From the NCBI GenBank assembly GCA_043228905.1, contig JBHGNT010000018.1, forward strand, positions 16,678,001 to 16,742,000: a stretch of 64,000 nucleotides of DNA, read 5' to 3'. This document shows, in pieces, positions 49,201 through 60,991 of the stretch. Below the pieces are notes generated by a model, which was not told the DNA's origin, ran no database searches, and saw only the letters and a program-made list of their open reading frames with translations. The translations under genes and the position numbers were made by a program. The stretch is from Azolla caroliniana (taxonomy: Eukaryota > Plantae > Polypodiophyta). Numbering within the stretch: the first letter of the stretch is position 1; every line of letters starts with the position of its first letter.

Positions 49201-52060
49201 ATGAGTACAATCGTTCAGTACAAAAGTAATTAAATGATTAACCCAATCAATAGATAAAGAAGAGTTTTTTTATTAAAAAACCAGGGATAACCTAGTATTA
49301 CATCAATGTTACAAAGATTCATTACATCGAAGTCTACTTCCTCTTTATAAGTATCAATAGAAATTCCTAATGAATTAACCGCCCTGTTGATGTATTGTAC
49401 TTTTCCATCAGCCAAGTGCACCTTATATGTGTGATCACTTAGGATGGGTTGGATTCCCCATATCTGAACCATACGAAGTTGTGTGAGCTTCCTGAATCAA
49501 ACGAAAATTGTACGGGAGATCCATTGATATACCCGTTTGCACGTAGTAAATCATTGGGTCCCAATACATAGTGATGGAAACAATATTGACAATTACTTAA
49601 ATGATGTGTATAGACCTGAAAGACATTAGGAATCTAACCTTTATCGTCTGCACCTTTTTTTTTTGCTAGCGTGCTTTTCCGTTGGAGCTTTCGACGTTGC
49701 TCTTTTGTATGACCCTTCTTTTTGCAAAATCCGCAAAAGGGATGTTGTTGCTTACAATCGAGATCCATGAATTCATTGGGTGTCTTGTGTTTCCCAACGA
49801 ATTGCGACTGCTAAGTCCCGAGCACTTCATTGGGTTTGTTATGGTCCTTCGAAGTGCGTTGATAGCGAAGAACTATTTCAACAGCCTCTTCGAAGGATTT
49901 TGGATCCTTATCGTGCACTATCCTGTGATAGTCCAAATTGGGGATGCCATTCACAAAACAAGCTATGAACCAATTGTCCCCTTCTAGACCCGATTTTTGG
50001 ATTTGGGTTCTAGCATGGTGAACATAGTCTTCTAGCGAGGAAAACTTCTTGCTAGAGAGGTTCATTAAAGCTTGTGTTGCCTCAATTCGAGAGGGAGGTT
50101 GTAGAAATTGGCCCTTGAAAACTGTTACAAAATTTGTCCAGGTATCGGGCAATTTCCCCAAAGTTCGGAGCCCACGCCACCAAGTGGTGGGATTCTCAGC
50201 CGACATATGCAATCTTCATACTATCTTGCGTGGGATAGAGCTCAAAATGAAACTCCCTTCGGCCAAGCCACGTGCAGATTGCTTCTTCGGTTCTTTCCTT
50301 TTTTTCTCCCGTAAATGGCTTTACAACAAATGATGGTTCACCCTGACGCTCATCGGGTCTATTAGTGTCGCGTTGTAAACTAATGACATGTGCCTCGAGA
50401 GCACTTTGAGATTGCCGAAGTTTGGACATTTGATGAGCGGTTGAACTAAAGAAATTTTGTATTTGTAAGAAATACGACTCAATGGAGATTGGTTCAGGAG
50501 GATTTCCTTCAGTTCCTTCTGCTTGAGCGGATGACATCGGGTCATTATTATAAGCCACTGAATGATAATGCCTGGCAAAGAAATAGGATAAGGTTAGACA
50601 AATAGTCATAACATCAAGTCGTGATGTAAACATATCATGGGCCAACATTAATCGATATCATGATCTCATGTCAATACCCCTCTAGACGTATGAGATGAGG
50701 TTCAAGATCAGGTTACTATGGTAACACAAATGTGTTTTAAAAACCATGGGGGTGACAAATGAATGTCTTTCCATGATCTCTATATCGATTTTTTCATGGC
50801 GGCTCCCCGAGGCTCAACCATGTATGTTCGTGTCATGAATAGTTTATACACGAAAAAAATGTTAACAATAAACTATGTTTTTGTGCCCACATATGTGGTT
50901 TCGGGTCTTTAAGTCCTATTACGAGGACCCCAAAGTGTACTTAGACCTAAAGTCTAAACATGTATTATATTCATATGTATCAACAATGTTGTATGGTCTT
51001 GGTCATATTTGAACTCAAGACCTCGAGAACAAATGCATTAAACACTTGAACTAACCAAATAGGTTGCTCGTGTTGAATGTTTAACGTTTTTATGCGTATA
51101 AGACATATGTGAGGCATTTACCCATATATATTTTTTTTAAAAGAAACATATATGTCAAGAGTCCTTATGTCCCTCTCATTTACCACAAACTATGTTGGTA
51201 CGTTACCTAACCTCGAGTCTCATAATTATGATGGCATACACCAAAGTGCAACCTAATGGTCAAGTCAAATGAGCCCTCTTTTCGTAGTAGGCCCACGTGG
51301 CCCATCACATGGTTACGTCATTACGAATTCCTTTCGTAAGAATGATCTCATGGTGGCATCGTATCCATGTAATGAGGGAGGGATGTTGGATATGTGTGTC
51401 ATAGGAGCGACCTCACATGAAGTGGGTCAAGCCCTACGTTCTCAACATCATTGTGGCTATGATTGTTTCGTTTCGTAACAAAATCGAAGTTCCTTTGTTG
51501 ATCGCTATCTAGATCAAGGCCGACCGCACGTCGATCGATCACCATCCATCAAGAAGACAACAAAAACCAACAAAAGAAACATTAGAAACCTGCCTCTGAT
51601 ACCAACTGTTAGAGTGATGATCTAATGTAAGCATATAATAAGGATATAATATATACGAAATAAGAAAGGGGAGAGAGAAAGAAGGGTGCAGATCCACCCG
51701 ACCACCCCCGAGCGAAGGGATCGAGACGGACTCGAGCCACCATCGGCGTCCCATACCACCGTAACGGCATCGTGGCGTACTTGGTGTTGGCACGCTCGCT
51801 ACAAGAGTTGACCCACGACGAAGCAGAGTCTCGACGTAGTCAAGAGATGATAAAATGAGGGTAGTTAGGCCTCATATTTATAGCGAGACCCAAGGCCCCT
51901 AGGCAAGTTCACACTTGGCCTAATGGGTTGTCTCAATCCTGAGGATTAAAAGTAATCCTCCCCTTCTTTACACTCTCGTTTAACCTTCACACTTATCCAC
52001 ATGTATAGAATACTACGGTAAATTCACACCACGAGATTTTATATGGTCATGTCTGTAACA
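46265..52060 (-). mobile_element. Decayed chromovirus Gypsy (5' LTR 51607-52060, PBS, gag, PR, RT, RH, IN, chromodomain, PPT, partial 3' LTR 46265-46358)
   Basis: tRNA-iMet PBS TGGTATCAGAG at 51594-51604; RT FTKLDLRTGYH, FGLTNAPATFQ, FLDDIL; IN VDRLTKMARF, HPQSDGQTER, HPLFHVSRLK; chromodomain PEIILD...IKW...ATWE; PPT aaagagggggagta next to 46358. Confidence 0.9.
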
Positions 52061-52400
52061 ACAATAGAGAAGATTACAACACCCTCTATGTGGAGTGTAT
52101 AAGCCTCACAAGGCTCTTGGCGTCTGCTGTTACGAACACAGCTATGGCGCCTCTCTCTTCTCTCCCTTCGCGCTCGATGGCGCTCACACTATTTTGTTCT
52201 ACTCTCTTCCTCTCCCACTTACATTGTTTGCCCTAGGTGTATTTATACTAATACACATTATTGGCTATTTACAAATGTAGCCCCTACTACACATCACTAC
52301 TATTATTATCTATAATAATAAGTAGCCATCAGCCGACTCTAGTGTCGACTATCCAGTCAGTCCGACTTGTCAGCCTAGTTGGTCGTGTCTTCGACCTGGA
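52061..52400 (-). repeat. LTR fragment (family of 10995-11840)
   Basis: Reverse-complement similarity to 11090-11430, including the gtcgact-rich block and tataaat. Confidence 0.6.
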
Positions 52401-52541
52401 TCTCCTTTCTGTAAAAACTGGAGGGACATTGGTCAACTTTAGAAAATGTTTTAAATATGACACTTCAGGCACTGTGTCTCTATGTGCGCTCTACGGATCA
52501 AATTGGCATATAACTCTCATCATATCCAACCTTGTTAGTGT

Positions 52542-53711
52542 AATTACGCTTAAGTTCTCTACTAATATATGTCTCCCTTTTCATCTTGCTCTTTATGACA
52601 TGTGCTTTGTAGCAAATATTTGTTCATGCAACTCTCACGATTTCTAGCACATTATAATATAGTCCCATGGTGCATAATGGCTAAATAATCAAGGCACGTT
52701 CTCCTTGTTGTAACGCGTATAGTTTGTTGAGCGCAACTCGTCATTTGTCAGTCTCCCCGAAAGTTGCCTCAAATTCGGTAAGAAATGCTTGGAAGTCATT
52801 CAAGAGAGGGGAAGAAGTCTCTACTAGAGGAGCAAACCAGGCTTGTGCTTGTCTTGTCAGCAACGTGCCGATTAGCCCAACTTGTCGAAAGTCATCAGAA
52901 TATCGTCAGGGCTGAAGACGAATAATAAGGCGAATTGGGTTGATGAAGCCTCTTAATCGTGACCTTGTTCCATCGAATTTTTCTGGCATGCAAACATTAG
53001 GTTCTACAACAGAAGGGTCAATAATCGAGTGAGGTATAACTGTCATTGCTACCTGAAGTTCTTGAACAGAGTTTCGTAAGCTCGCATTCTCCTGTTGGAG
53101 TTGATGCAGCACCGCCAAAATTTGCTCAAGGTTACTAGATGATTCTGACATGATAGTGTATTGAGAAAGAAGACAAAAAGAAGGAAGGAGATCAATTTGT
53201 CACGGATGAACAATTGGAAGACAAAAAGATGTGTAAGCTGATGAGATAAAGAGATGGATAAGTTGATGACAATGAGTACGAATATCTATTCCATGACTGG
53301 TGTTGATCTCCTTGACATTGAAAAGGGAGATCAACCCTTTTTATACATATAGTGATGCATGATAAGCATGCTCATGCCAAATCATACATACTATAATATT
53401 AAGCATATTGATTCTTGCATGCCAAGTCTTATATACTGAGTCTTACATACTCAGTCTTACATACCACTCTTTATACAAAGGTTTAAAGTCTAAAGTCTTT
53501 CTAAGAGAAATATATTATTATATACAAGGACCTAAGGCTTGAATTCGACGCGATGTTCATGACAATTACGCTTAAGTTCTCTACTAATATATGTCTCCCT
53601 TTTCATCTTGCTCTTTATGACATGTGCTTTGTAGCAAATATTTGTTCATGCCGCCCTCACGATTTCTAGCACATTATAATATAGTCCCATGGTGCATAAT
53701 GGCTAAATAAT
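52542..53711. repeat. Two ~148-bp near-identical direct repeats (52542-52689, 53564-53711) flanking a Gypsy LTR/gag fragment
   Basis: aattacgcttaagttctc...ggctaaataat present twice. Confidence 0.88.
52700..53151 (-). pseudogene. Gypsy gag N-terminus (Tcn1/PEG10-like)
   Basis: Coiled-coil start then EPNVCMPEKFDGTRSRLRGFI...QP, continuing after a stop into A.AWFAPL..TS. Confidence 0.7.
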
Positions 53712-53824
53712 GAAAGCACATCGACATTGTCGGGAAGCATTATTGAAGAGACTTACAAGTAGGCGTGTTTTTGTTTGAGTGATCAGGCACAAGGGTGACG
53801 TGAGCTAGAAAGAGAGAAGAAAGG

Positions 53825-54076
53825 ATACATACATGCATGTGTGTGTGCATGCATATGTACATACGAACACACATACATGCGTACATACATACACATACGT
53901 ACATACATAGATATAGATGCATACATATAAATGCATACATATACATGCATGCATGCATGCATGCATACATACATATAGATGCATACATATCCATACATAT
54001 CCATATACATATCCATATACATACATATGTATATAATACATATACATACACATACACATACACATACACATGTATA
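53825..54076. repeat. Compound (ATAC/ATGC/AC) microsatellite upstream of ADF
   Basis: Nearly continuous alternating purine-pyrimidine tract. Confidence 0.9.
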
Positions 54077-54421
54077 CCCATTAGATTCTTTACACGTGTA
54101 TGAGAGCATAAGCCTTTTAACTTTCTTCATGTGAAGTTTGAACCAAATAAAAAAAGAGAGAGAAGAAAAAAGCACTGGAATTATTCAAAAAACTCCGCGT
54201 TATTCCGACGCAAAAGCATGTACATTTCCTTACAAAAGCACCTCAAAATGAAAACAGGGCGATTTCTATCGGCAAATCCAATTGTTGTTCAGCTCCTCTT
54301 TCATTCTCTGATTCCCCTTTCTTTCCCCTTCCTTCTTGAATCAATCAAGCGCTCTTCCTTTCATTGAATCTCTCCACATATTCATCTCAAGCCAAGGTTC
54401 AATCAATTCCACTCTACAATC

Positions 54422-55765
54422 ATGGTGGGTACTCCTTGCTTTTTTTATTTTTTTATTTTTGCTTTTCGCGTTCCATCAATTCATGTCTCGTGTGGTGTAT
54501 TGATTAAGGCTGGAGAACATCTAATGTTGTGAGAAACCACAAAATGGCCACCTATATGGAGCATATAATACTTTCTGTGTATGAACCTAATCTGACTATT
54601 CCAAAGTCTTGATGGGTTAAAGATTAACTTCTGATGTTTTGGGTAGTGGGTGGTGTTATGATCTACAAACAAGAAATTAAGACATAAAATGGCATGAGAT
54701 TTCAATGAATTCATTTGTAACCAAGCACAAAATTCCCCGAGAATGTTTATGTCTAGTATATATTTACTGACTTGGCCTTTGAATCGATGAAATGATTGAG
54801 TGAATGAAGGCGCGATCGGGCATGGGCGTAGACGAGAATTGCAAGAAGGTATTCATGGAACTGCAGAGAAAGAAGGCACATCCATATATTGTCTTTAAGA
54901 TTGATGAGAGGAAGAAGCAAGTTGTGGTGGACAAGATTGGGGAAAAGGGCGACACTTACGATGAATTCGTGGCTTCTTTGCCAGAGGCCGAGTGTCGCTA
55001 TGCCGTCTATGACTTCAATTTCATCACCCATGACAATTGCAACAAATCTAAGATCTTCTTTGTTTCTTGGTGAGTGATCACACTTGTCCCTACTAAATTG
55101 TGTATTATATGTATAAATAGGGTATCTATCTTCATTTGGCCATGACAATTGCAACAAATCTAAGATCTTCTTTGTTTCTCTGTGAGTGATCTCACTTGTC
55201 CCTACTAAATTGTGTCTTATATGTATAATAGGGTTTCTATCTTCATTTGGGAGAGAGGAACAATCTGAATAAGCTTTATGTAGGCTTATTCAACTATGAT
55301 TTAGTGAATAGGGTTTCTCTTCCATTTTACCAAATGTTATACTTTCTACATAGGTTTGTGACATTGTAATGATGAACAAAGGTATATAGCTAACAACACA
55401 TCCAAGGTTCTAGATTCTATAAATTTACACCACATTCATGCATACTACCAAGTAATAAACCATGGATTTTTAAGTTTTACTCCCAATCATCCACAATTGG
55501 AAGAAGTATTGTCTCTTCTTAGGATACTTTGTTACATTTCACTTAACTAGCTCGTTAGATAACTTCTTAATATTCGATTGGATTCTATATAATGTCACCT
55601 TTTTCATTTCTTAGGTCTCCTGATGTTTCAAGGATTCGCTCAAAGTTCTTGTATGCTACCTCGAAAGATCGATTTCGAAGTGAGCTTGATGGTGTGCATT
55701 ATGAGATGCAAGCTACTGACGCTAGTGAAATCGAAATTGGGGTTATGAAAGAGCGAGCCAATTAG
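54422..55765 (+). CDS. ADF: Actin-depolymerizing factor / cofilin, ~137 aa
   Basis: Typical plant ADF layout: ATG-only exon 54422-54424, exon 54810-55069 (SGMGV...YIVFKIDE...CRYAVYDFNF...KIFFVSW), exon 55615-55765 (SPDVSRIRSKFLYATSKDRFRSELDGVHYEMQATD...ERAN*). Exon 2 acceptor (AAG) is less certain. Confidence 0.93.
55028..55249 (+). repeat. 112-bp tandem duplication of the ADF exon 2 end and splice donor
   Basis: ccatgacaattgc...cttcatttgg at 55028-55139 and 55140-55249. Confidence 0.9.
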
Positions 55766-56048
55766 AGAATACATAAACCTTCCCTAATGTACCATTTTGA
55801 AATATGGATATGAATGTGGTATTGTTTCACCAACCTAACTTATATCAACATGTCTTTAAGCTTTCTCAAGCCTTTAAACGGTATTCTAGATTAGGTTTCT
55901 CATTTAGTATTGCCTCTTCGAATTTTGTGTCTCGTTGGGATGTTGTGACCCGAAAGTTTTTCTAAATGGGAAAAGACACATCATTCACATGGAAGCTAAG
56001 AGGATGTGAAGTTATTCAAATCGTGTAGAGTAGAGAGAATCCATAAGT

Positions 56049-56258
56049 GTGTCCAAAAACTATCTTATGATTGAAAGCCCATCAACATTTCGATCTCAAT
56101 TCCAACTCTCAATCATAAATGTGCCCTTTGGTTTGATAAATGTGTTGGTCACATTTATAACATTGGTGAGTTCAATGTTGATGCCCTTTCTTGATGAATT
56201 CACCATCTTTGGTATCCCAGTTTGTAGTGACATTTCTTGGTATTGGTCATTTCGATAA
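56049..56258 (+). pseudogene. Highly decayed Gypsy RT remnant
   Basis: NVPFGLINVLVTFITLVSSMLMPFLDEF resembles the MPFGL.NAPATF...FLD RT motif. Confidence 0.45.
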
Positions 56259-57970
56259 TACCATTTGAAACTTTTAGGATCCATACTAGGACTATAATTT
56301 TGTTTTATTTAAATGGGCAGAAGAGCAACATAGAAGTTTTCAAAAACTCGAGGCTATTATTGCCTAAGTTCCATTTCTTAAGTATAGATCCCAATTCAAA
56401 CTTCATCTTTGGAATTAGTGTTGATGACTTTGCCACAATTGTCACATTTTCGATGCAACAAGGATTCTCCATTCCATTCAAGAATATAATGCTTGACAAA
56501 CTCGTCTGGTAGAATTACTTATTGAAGTATGAGAAGATGACTTTTTACCATCATTTGTTCTCTCAAGTTTGGTACAGAATTCTAGATTATTTTTTATTAC
56601 AATTGCAACGCGTTATACCAGTAAAGGCAACCAATGTGAAGGAATGCAACGACGCGTGGGGATCCTTGAATTGTTTGATTTTAAGTTACAAGAAAGTATA
56701 ATATTGTTGTCAAAGCCTTAATTAGATTCCCCATGATTAAAAAACTATTTACAGAAATAGCTTTTTAATCATGGGAAATCTACTAACCAAAGGTATTAAA
56801 TTAAAGACACGACGTGTGTTGATACATTGTTTGTCAAGATTCATAGCAATGTTCAAATCTTTGATGGATATTTCATTCATGATGGGAAGATTGCATGCCG
56901 AGGATGGATATTTTTTATGTCTCGCCCTAGCCTAAAACTAATGATCATCCTCACACTAGACATCAATGCATGTCAATGCATTGCAAAGGCCCACAATGAG
57001 TAAGTACATCTAGGACTATGTGCAAAATTTTAATGTAATGAAGTAGAATAATGGAAAGTCAAAGGCCTTCTAAACCCTTTGGGAGTTCCAATAAGGAAGC
57101 AAGGAAGCAAGAAAACACATCAACGAGCCTTTTGTATCAAACTACCTAGGACATAAAAGGATTGTCATATATATGCATAGGTTTTTGTCCCAACACTGTA
57201 AGTCGAGCTTGACTATCACCAAATATACCACAAGTATTGGTTTCAAAAATCATTGGACAAGCTATTCATGTACAAACCAAGAAGTCGCTACAATAATTAT
57301 CTATATCAAGTTCAATTTTCGAGTATGCGAGTACCCATGATGCCAATTAGTAACAATCCATAGTTTTTTAAGGTCTACTCAAATAGACATTCTTTGGACT
57401 ATATTTCCTTCTTTGTGTATAAGTAATCCACAACATAAAACTATGTAAATTTCCTTATGAATGCGACATTTTGCCCCAAGCGCATTTCTTCTTTACGACC
57501 TATTTGCAACATCAACACTTGCAATCCATCAGTAGTAAAATGTTGCAAATATCCAATTATTATGAAGGCTAGTCTTGACAAAGTTAACTAAGAGATTTTT
57601 AACTATTAATTACTCGATGGCTGAATTATCGGCTTCCAATGGTCCTAGGGCATTTTATCAAAAGGAGTTGGTTGCTAATTGAAGAAAAAAAATTGCTCTA
57701 TTGCAATATTCAAGGCCATGCCACCAATTTGACTGCTGTTTTTGATCGAGACAAGAAGCCTCCTAGAGTGAGATTAGCCTTTGATCCCATAATATTCATT
57801 CTTGTCACATCTCATTTTTTCATATAACACAATCATTCCTCATTTTTCATATAACACAAATCATTCCTTTGATTCATTTTCCAAAAAGATTTCAACACAG
57901 AGAGATTGATTCGAAGAACATAGGGATTTGATAGGGTTTTTGTTGGGGTTGTTGCAATATGACAAATTGA

Positions 57971-58578
57971 TCAAACTTTTCTTGCTTTTCTGAAGAACGA
58001 ATCCGATTTTGCATCCGTGTTGGTGACACCAGAGAGCCCAATTCTGTCGAAGAAATTGGAATGAGCACTCGGCTTATCACGCCAACCTAGCTCTCTTGCC
58101 CTTCTCTCCCACATTGCAGAGATCTTCTTTTGGGCCGACAAAGCTGCCTCCGATTTCTCGCGTGCCACTTCACATGTCTCCATTCCAGAGCTACATTTCT
58201 CGGCCTCCTTTTGATACTGAGAAATCAACTTTTTCGCATCCAATAATGCCGCATCAGATTGGTGTTGTGTCTGTAGAGCTACGGTTTCATGCAACTTTAG
58301 TTCCTCCCTAAGCAAATCGATGGATTTCTGATCCACTTCCTCTTGCTGCTGCTGCTGTTGTTCATCATGGCAATCTGGAAAGACACACACAGTTAACCAA
58401 GTTAGACATGATAGTATGATACTTCAAGCAGAATTTGTCAAGATTTTCTTATCATTCAACCAAAAAGGGAGATGAAAGTCTTTTTCGAGAGAGAAAACAA
58501 TGCACCTGAAGATACTGAGTTTCCGAAACCTGCGAGAAATCATGAAACAAAACACAGATTTCACTTTCTAGCTATACA

Positions 58579-58615
<37 letters not shown>

Positions 58616-59675
58616 CTTATTCACCACATGACTGCTTACAACACACACATTACACGGTAATAAAATGATAAAATAGAAGGAAACACTGTTCACATATAGG
58701 TTCCATGGAGAAATTGATCTAAACAGAGACAAGTATGCTCTTTAATTTTATTAAGAAACTGATGCTTATTGCAGAAATCATATCCACTCGTCAAATATGA
58801 TGTCTTTTTATTTTTGTTTCATTTAGAGCTCTTTCATGGGGTTTATCTAAACGTATCATCCAAGGGGAAAACAACCAAAGAATCAGACAAAGATAAAGAG
58901 ATACTACATGATACCATAGCCATTCCATATCCATGACTGAACGAAAAACCAAGGAAAAGAAAGAACAAACAAATATATACAGCTATTTCTGCCAAAGAAT
59001 TAGAGAATGGAATGGAAAGTGTCAAACTAAGGAAAAGAAAGATCAAATAGGTATACTTAGCTATGCTTGACAAGAATTAGTTAATGGAAAGGAAATATCG
59101 ATCCATAGGTGCTATATGTTCCAATTTCTGAAGCATCAAACAGGTATATATACGGAGGTACGTCTAGTGAAGAATTAGTGAATGGATTGGAAAGAATAGT
59201 CCATGAAAGCTATATATATTCCATCTGCTGATGCAACCATTGCTCTATCCAAGCTTAATGAACCTGTTTCTGTTTCACGCATAAGATCTTCATCCGAAAT
59301 GAGCCTTCATTCAGAGATAATCATAGAATTGCATAAAGACACAGAAATGCAAGTTTCTATAATGTCCATGATTGAACTGCGTGGTAAGCTAAAGACAACG
59401 CGAGGCAAAGAGAATCCAATCCCCTCTCTCTCTCTCTCTCTTGGATTCATATATAAATACAGTAAGACATAGGTATTACCAGGAAGAAGCATGGATTCTT
59501 TCGTCTCTAGCATACAGTCACACAGACAAGGACTGCAGTGTCCGTTTCCACGGACAGCTGCCTTTGCAAGCTGCCAGTAGAAGGCAGGGTTCAGAACGTA
59601 GAAAACAACAGCAAAAGCCAAGGCCATAGCCAAAAGCTTGGGTATGCAGGAAAAGATCTGAGATGAGCTCGACAT
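57971..59675 (-). CDS. DUF1068-family plant protein (N-terminal TM, C..C.CDC motif, coiled coil), ~199 aa
   Basis: Exons 59675-59480 and 58374-57971 joined in phase 1 (a micro-exon may be missed); P..YW, CSPCLCDC, DLLREELKL, SQYQKEAEKCSSGMETCEVARE, MWERRARELGW. Confidence 0.85.
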
Positions 59676-59699
59676 TTCTGCCTTTCCTTTTCTTATTCC

Positions 59700-60370
59700 T
59701 TCCTTTTTCTTGTTGATCTTCTTCTCTATTACTCCTTCTCTATTGCTTCTTCTCTAATGCTTCTTCTTCTCTATTGCTTCTTCTTCTTCTTCTTCTTCTT
59801 CTTCTTCTTCTTCTTCTTCTTCTTCTTCTCTACTGTTTCTTCTTCTTCTTCACTTCCTGCTTATTTCTCCATCTGCACACCAATGCTCTCTCCTCCTCCT
59901 TCTCCTACTTCTGATTCTTCACAACATCGATCGCTCTCTTCTTTCTCAATCTTCTTTTTCCTACTTCTGATTCTTCTTCTTCTCCTCCTCCTCCTTCCTA
60001 ACTCCTTCTGATTCTTCTTCTCCACCTCCTTCCTAACTCCTTCTGATTCTTCTTCTTCTCCTTCCTAACTTCTTCTGATTCCTCTTCTTCTCCTTCTATT
60101 CCTTCCTAACTTCTTCTGATTCTTCTTCTTCTCCTTCTATTCCTTCCTATCTTCTTCTGATTCTTCTTCTTCTCCTTCTATTCCTTCCTAACTTCTTCCT
60201 TCTATTCCTTCCTATCTTCTTCTGATTCTTCTTCTTCTCCTTCTATTCCTTCCTAACTTCTTCTCATTCTTCTTCTTCTCCTCCTCCTCCTCCTTCCTAA
60301 CTTCTTCTGATTCTTCTTCTCCTCCTCCTCCTCCTCCTTCCTAACTTCTTCTGATTCTTCTTCTTCTTTT
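59700..60370. repeat. (CTT)n and pyrimidine-rich ~30-40-bp minisatellite upstream of the DUF1068 start
   Basis: Repeated ttcttctgattcttcttcttctccttctattccttcctaac units. Confidence 0.88.
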
Positions 60371-60672
60371 ATTATTTCTGCGACAGCATCAGACTTTGAT
60401 GGCTGATGGATGGGGCTGCAAAATTCCTGCTCAGCTTCCCAAACACACACACACACACAAATCAAATCAGAGCATTTAAAGAAGGGGGAGAAAACAGAGC
60501 AGAGAGAGAGAGAGAGAGGAAATATTTGTTTTTGGAGGAAGGAATGAAATATGAGAACAAAAGTGAAATGGATGGGATTGAAATGAAAAAGAACAAAAAT
60601 ACACACACACACACACACACACAATAGAAAGACAAAAAAACATCTCATGTTTTTTCTATTTTTACCTTGTCT

Positions 60673-60762
60673 TTTTTTTAGCATGGTTCTTTTCTTCTCT
60701 ATTCTGTCAAAAGAGAGATAAATTAGTAATACTAAATAGTAGTAATAGTTAGTTGTAGTTAA

Positions 60763-60798
<36 letters not shown>

Positions 60799-60922
60799 AG
60801 TGTAGTAGTTACTAGTAGTAGTAGTAATGGTATTTTTTTAGCATGGTTCTTTTCTTCTCTATTCTGTCAAAAGAGAGATAAATTAGTAATACTAAATAGT
60901 AGTAATAGTTAGTTGTAGTTAA

Positions 60923-60955
<33 letters not shown>

Positions 60956-60991
60956 AGTGTAGTAGTTACTAGTAGTAGTAGTAATGGTATT
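60673..60991. repeat. ~160-bp tandem duplication containing (AGT)n
   Basis: tttttttagcatggttc...gtaatggtatt present twice. Confidence 0.88.

Noticed and set aside
53740-54175. ORFs rich in YV/CM/HT repeats
   Set aside because: Translation of a compound microsatellite
59757-60684. Poly-F/S/L and poly-E/R ORFs
   Set aside because: Produced by CTT/GAA repeats; no in-frame link to the DUF1068 ORF established
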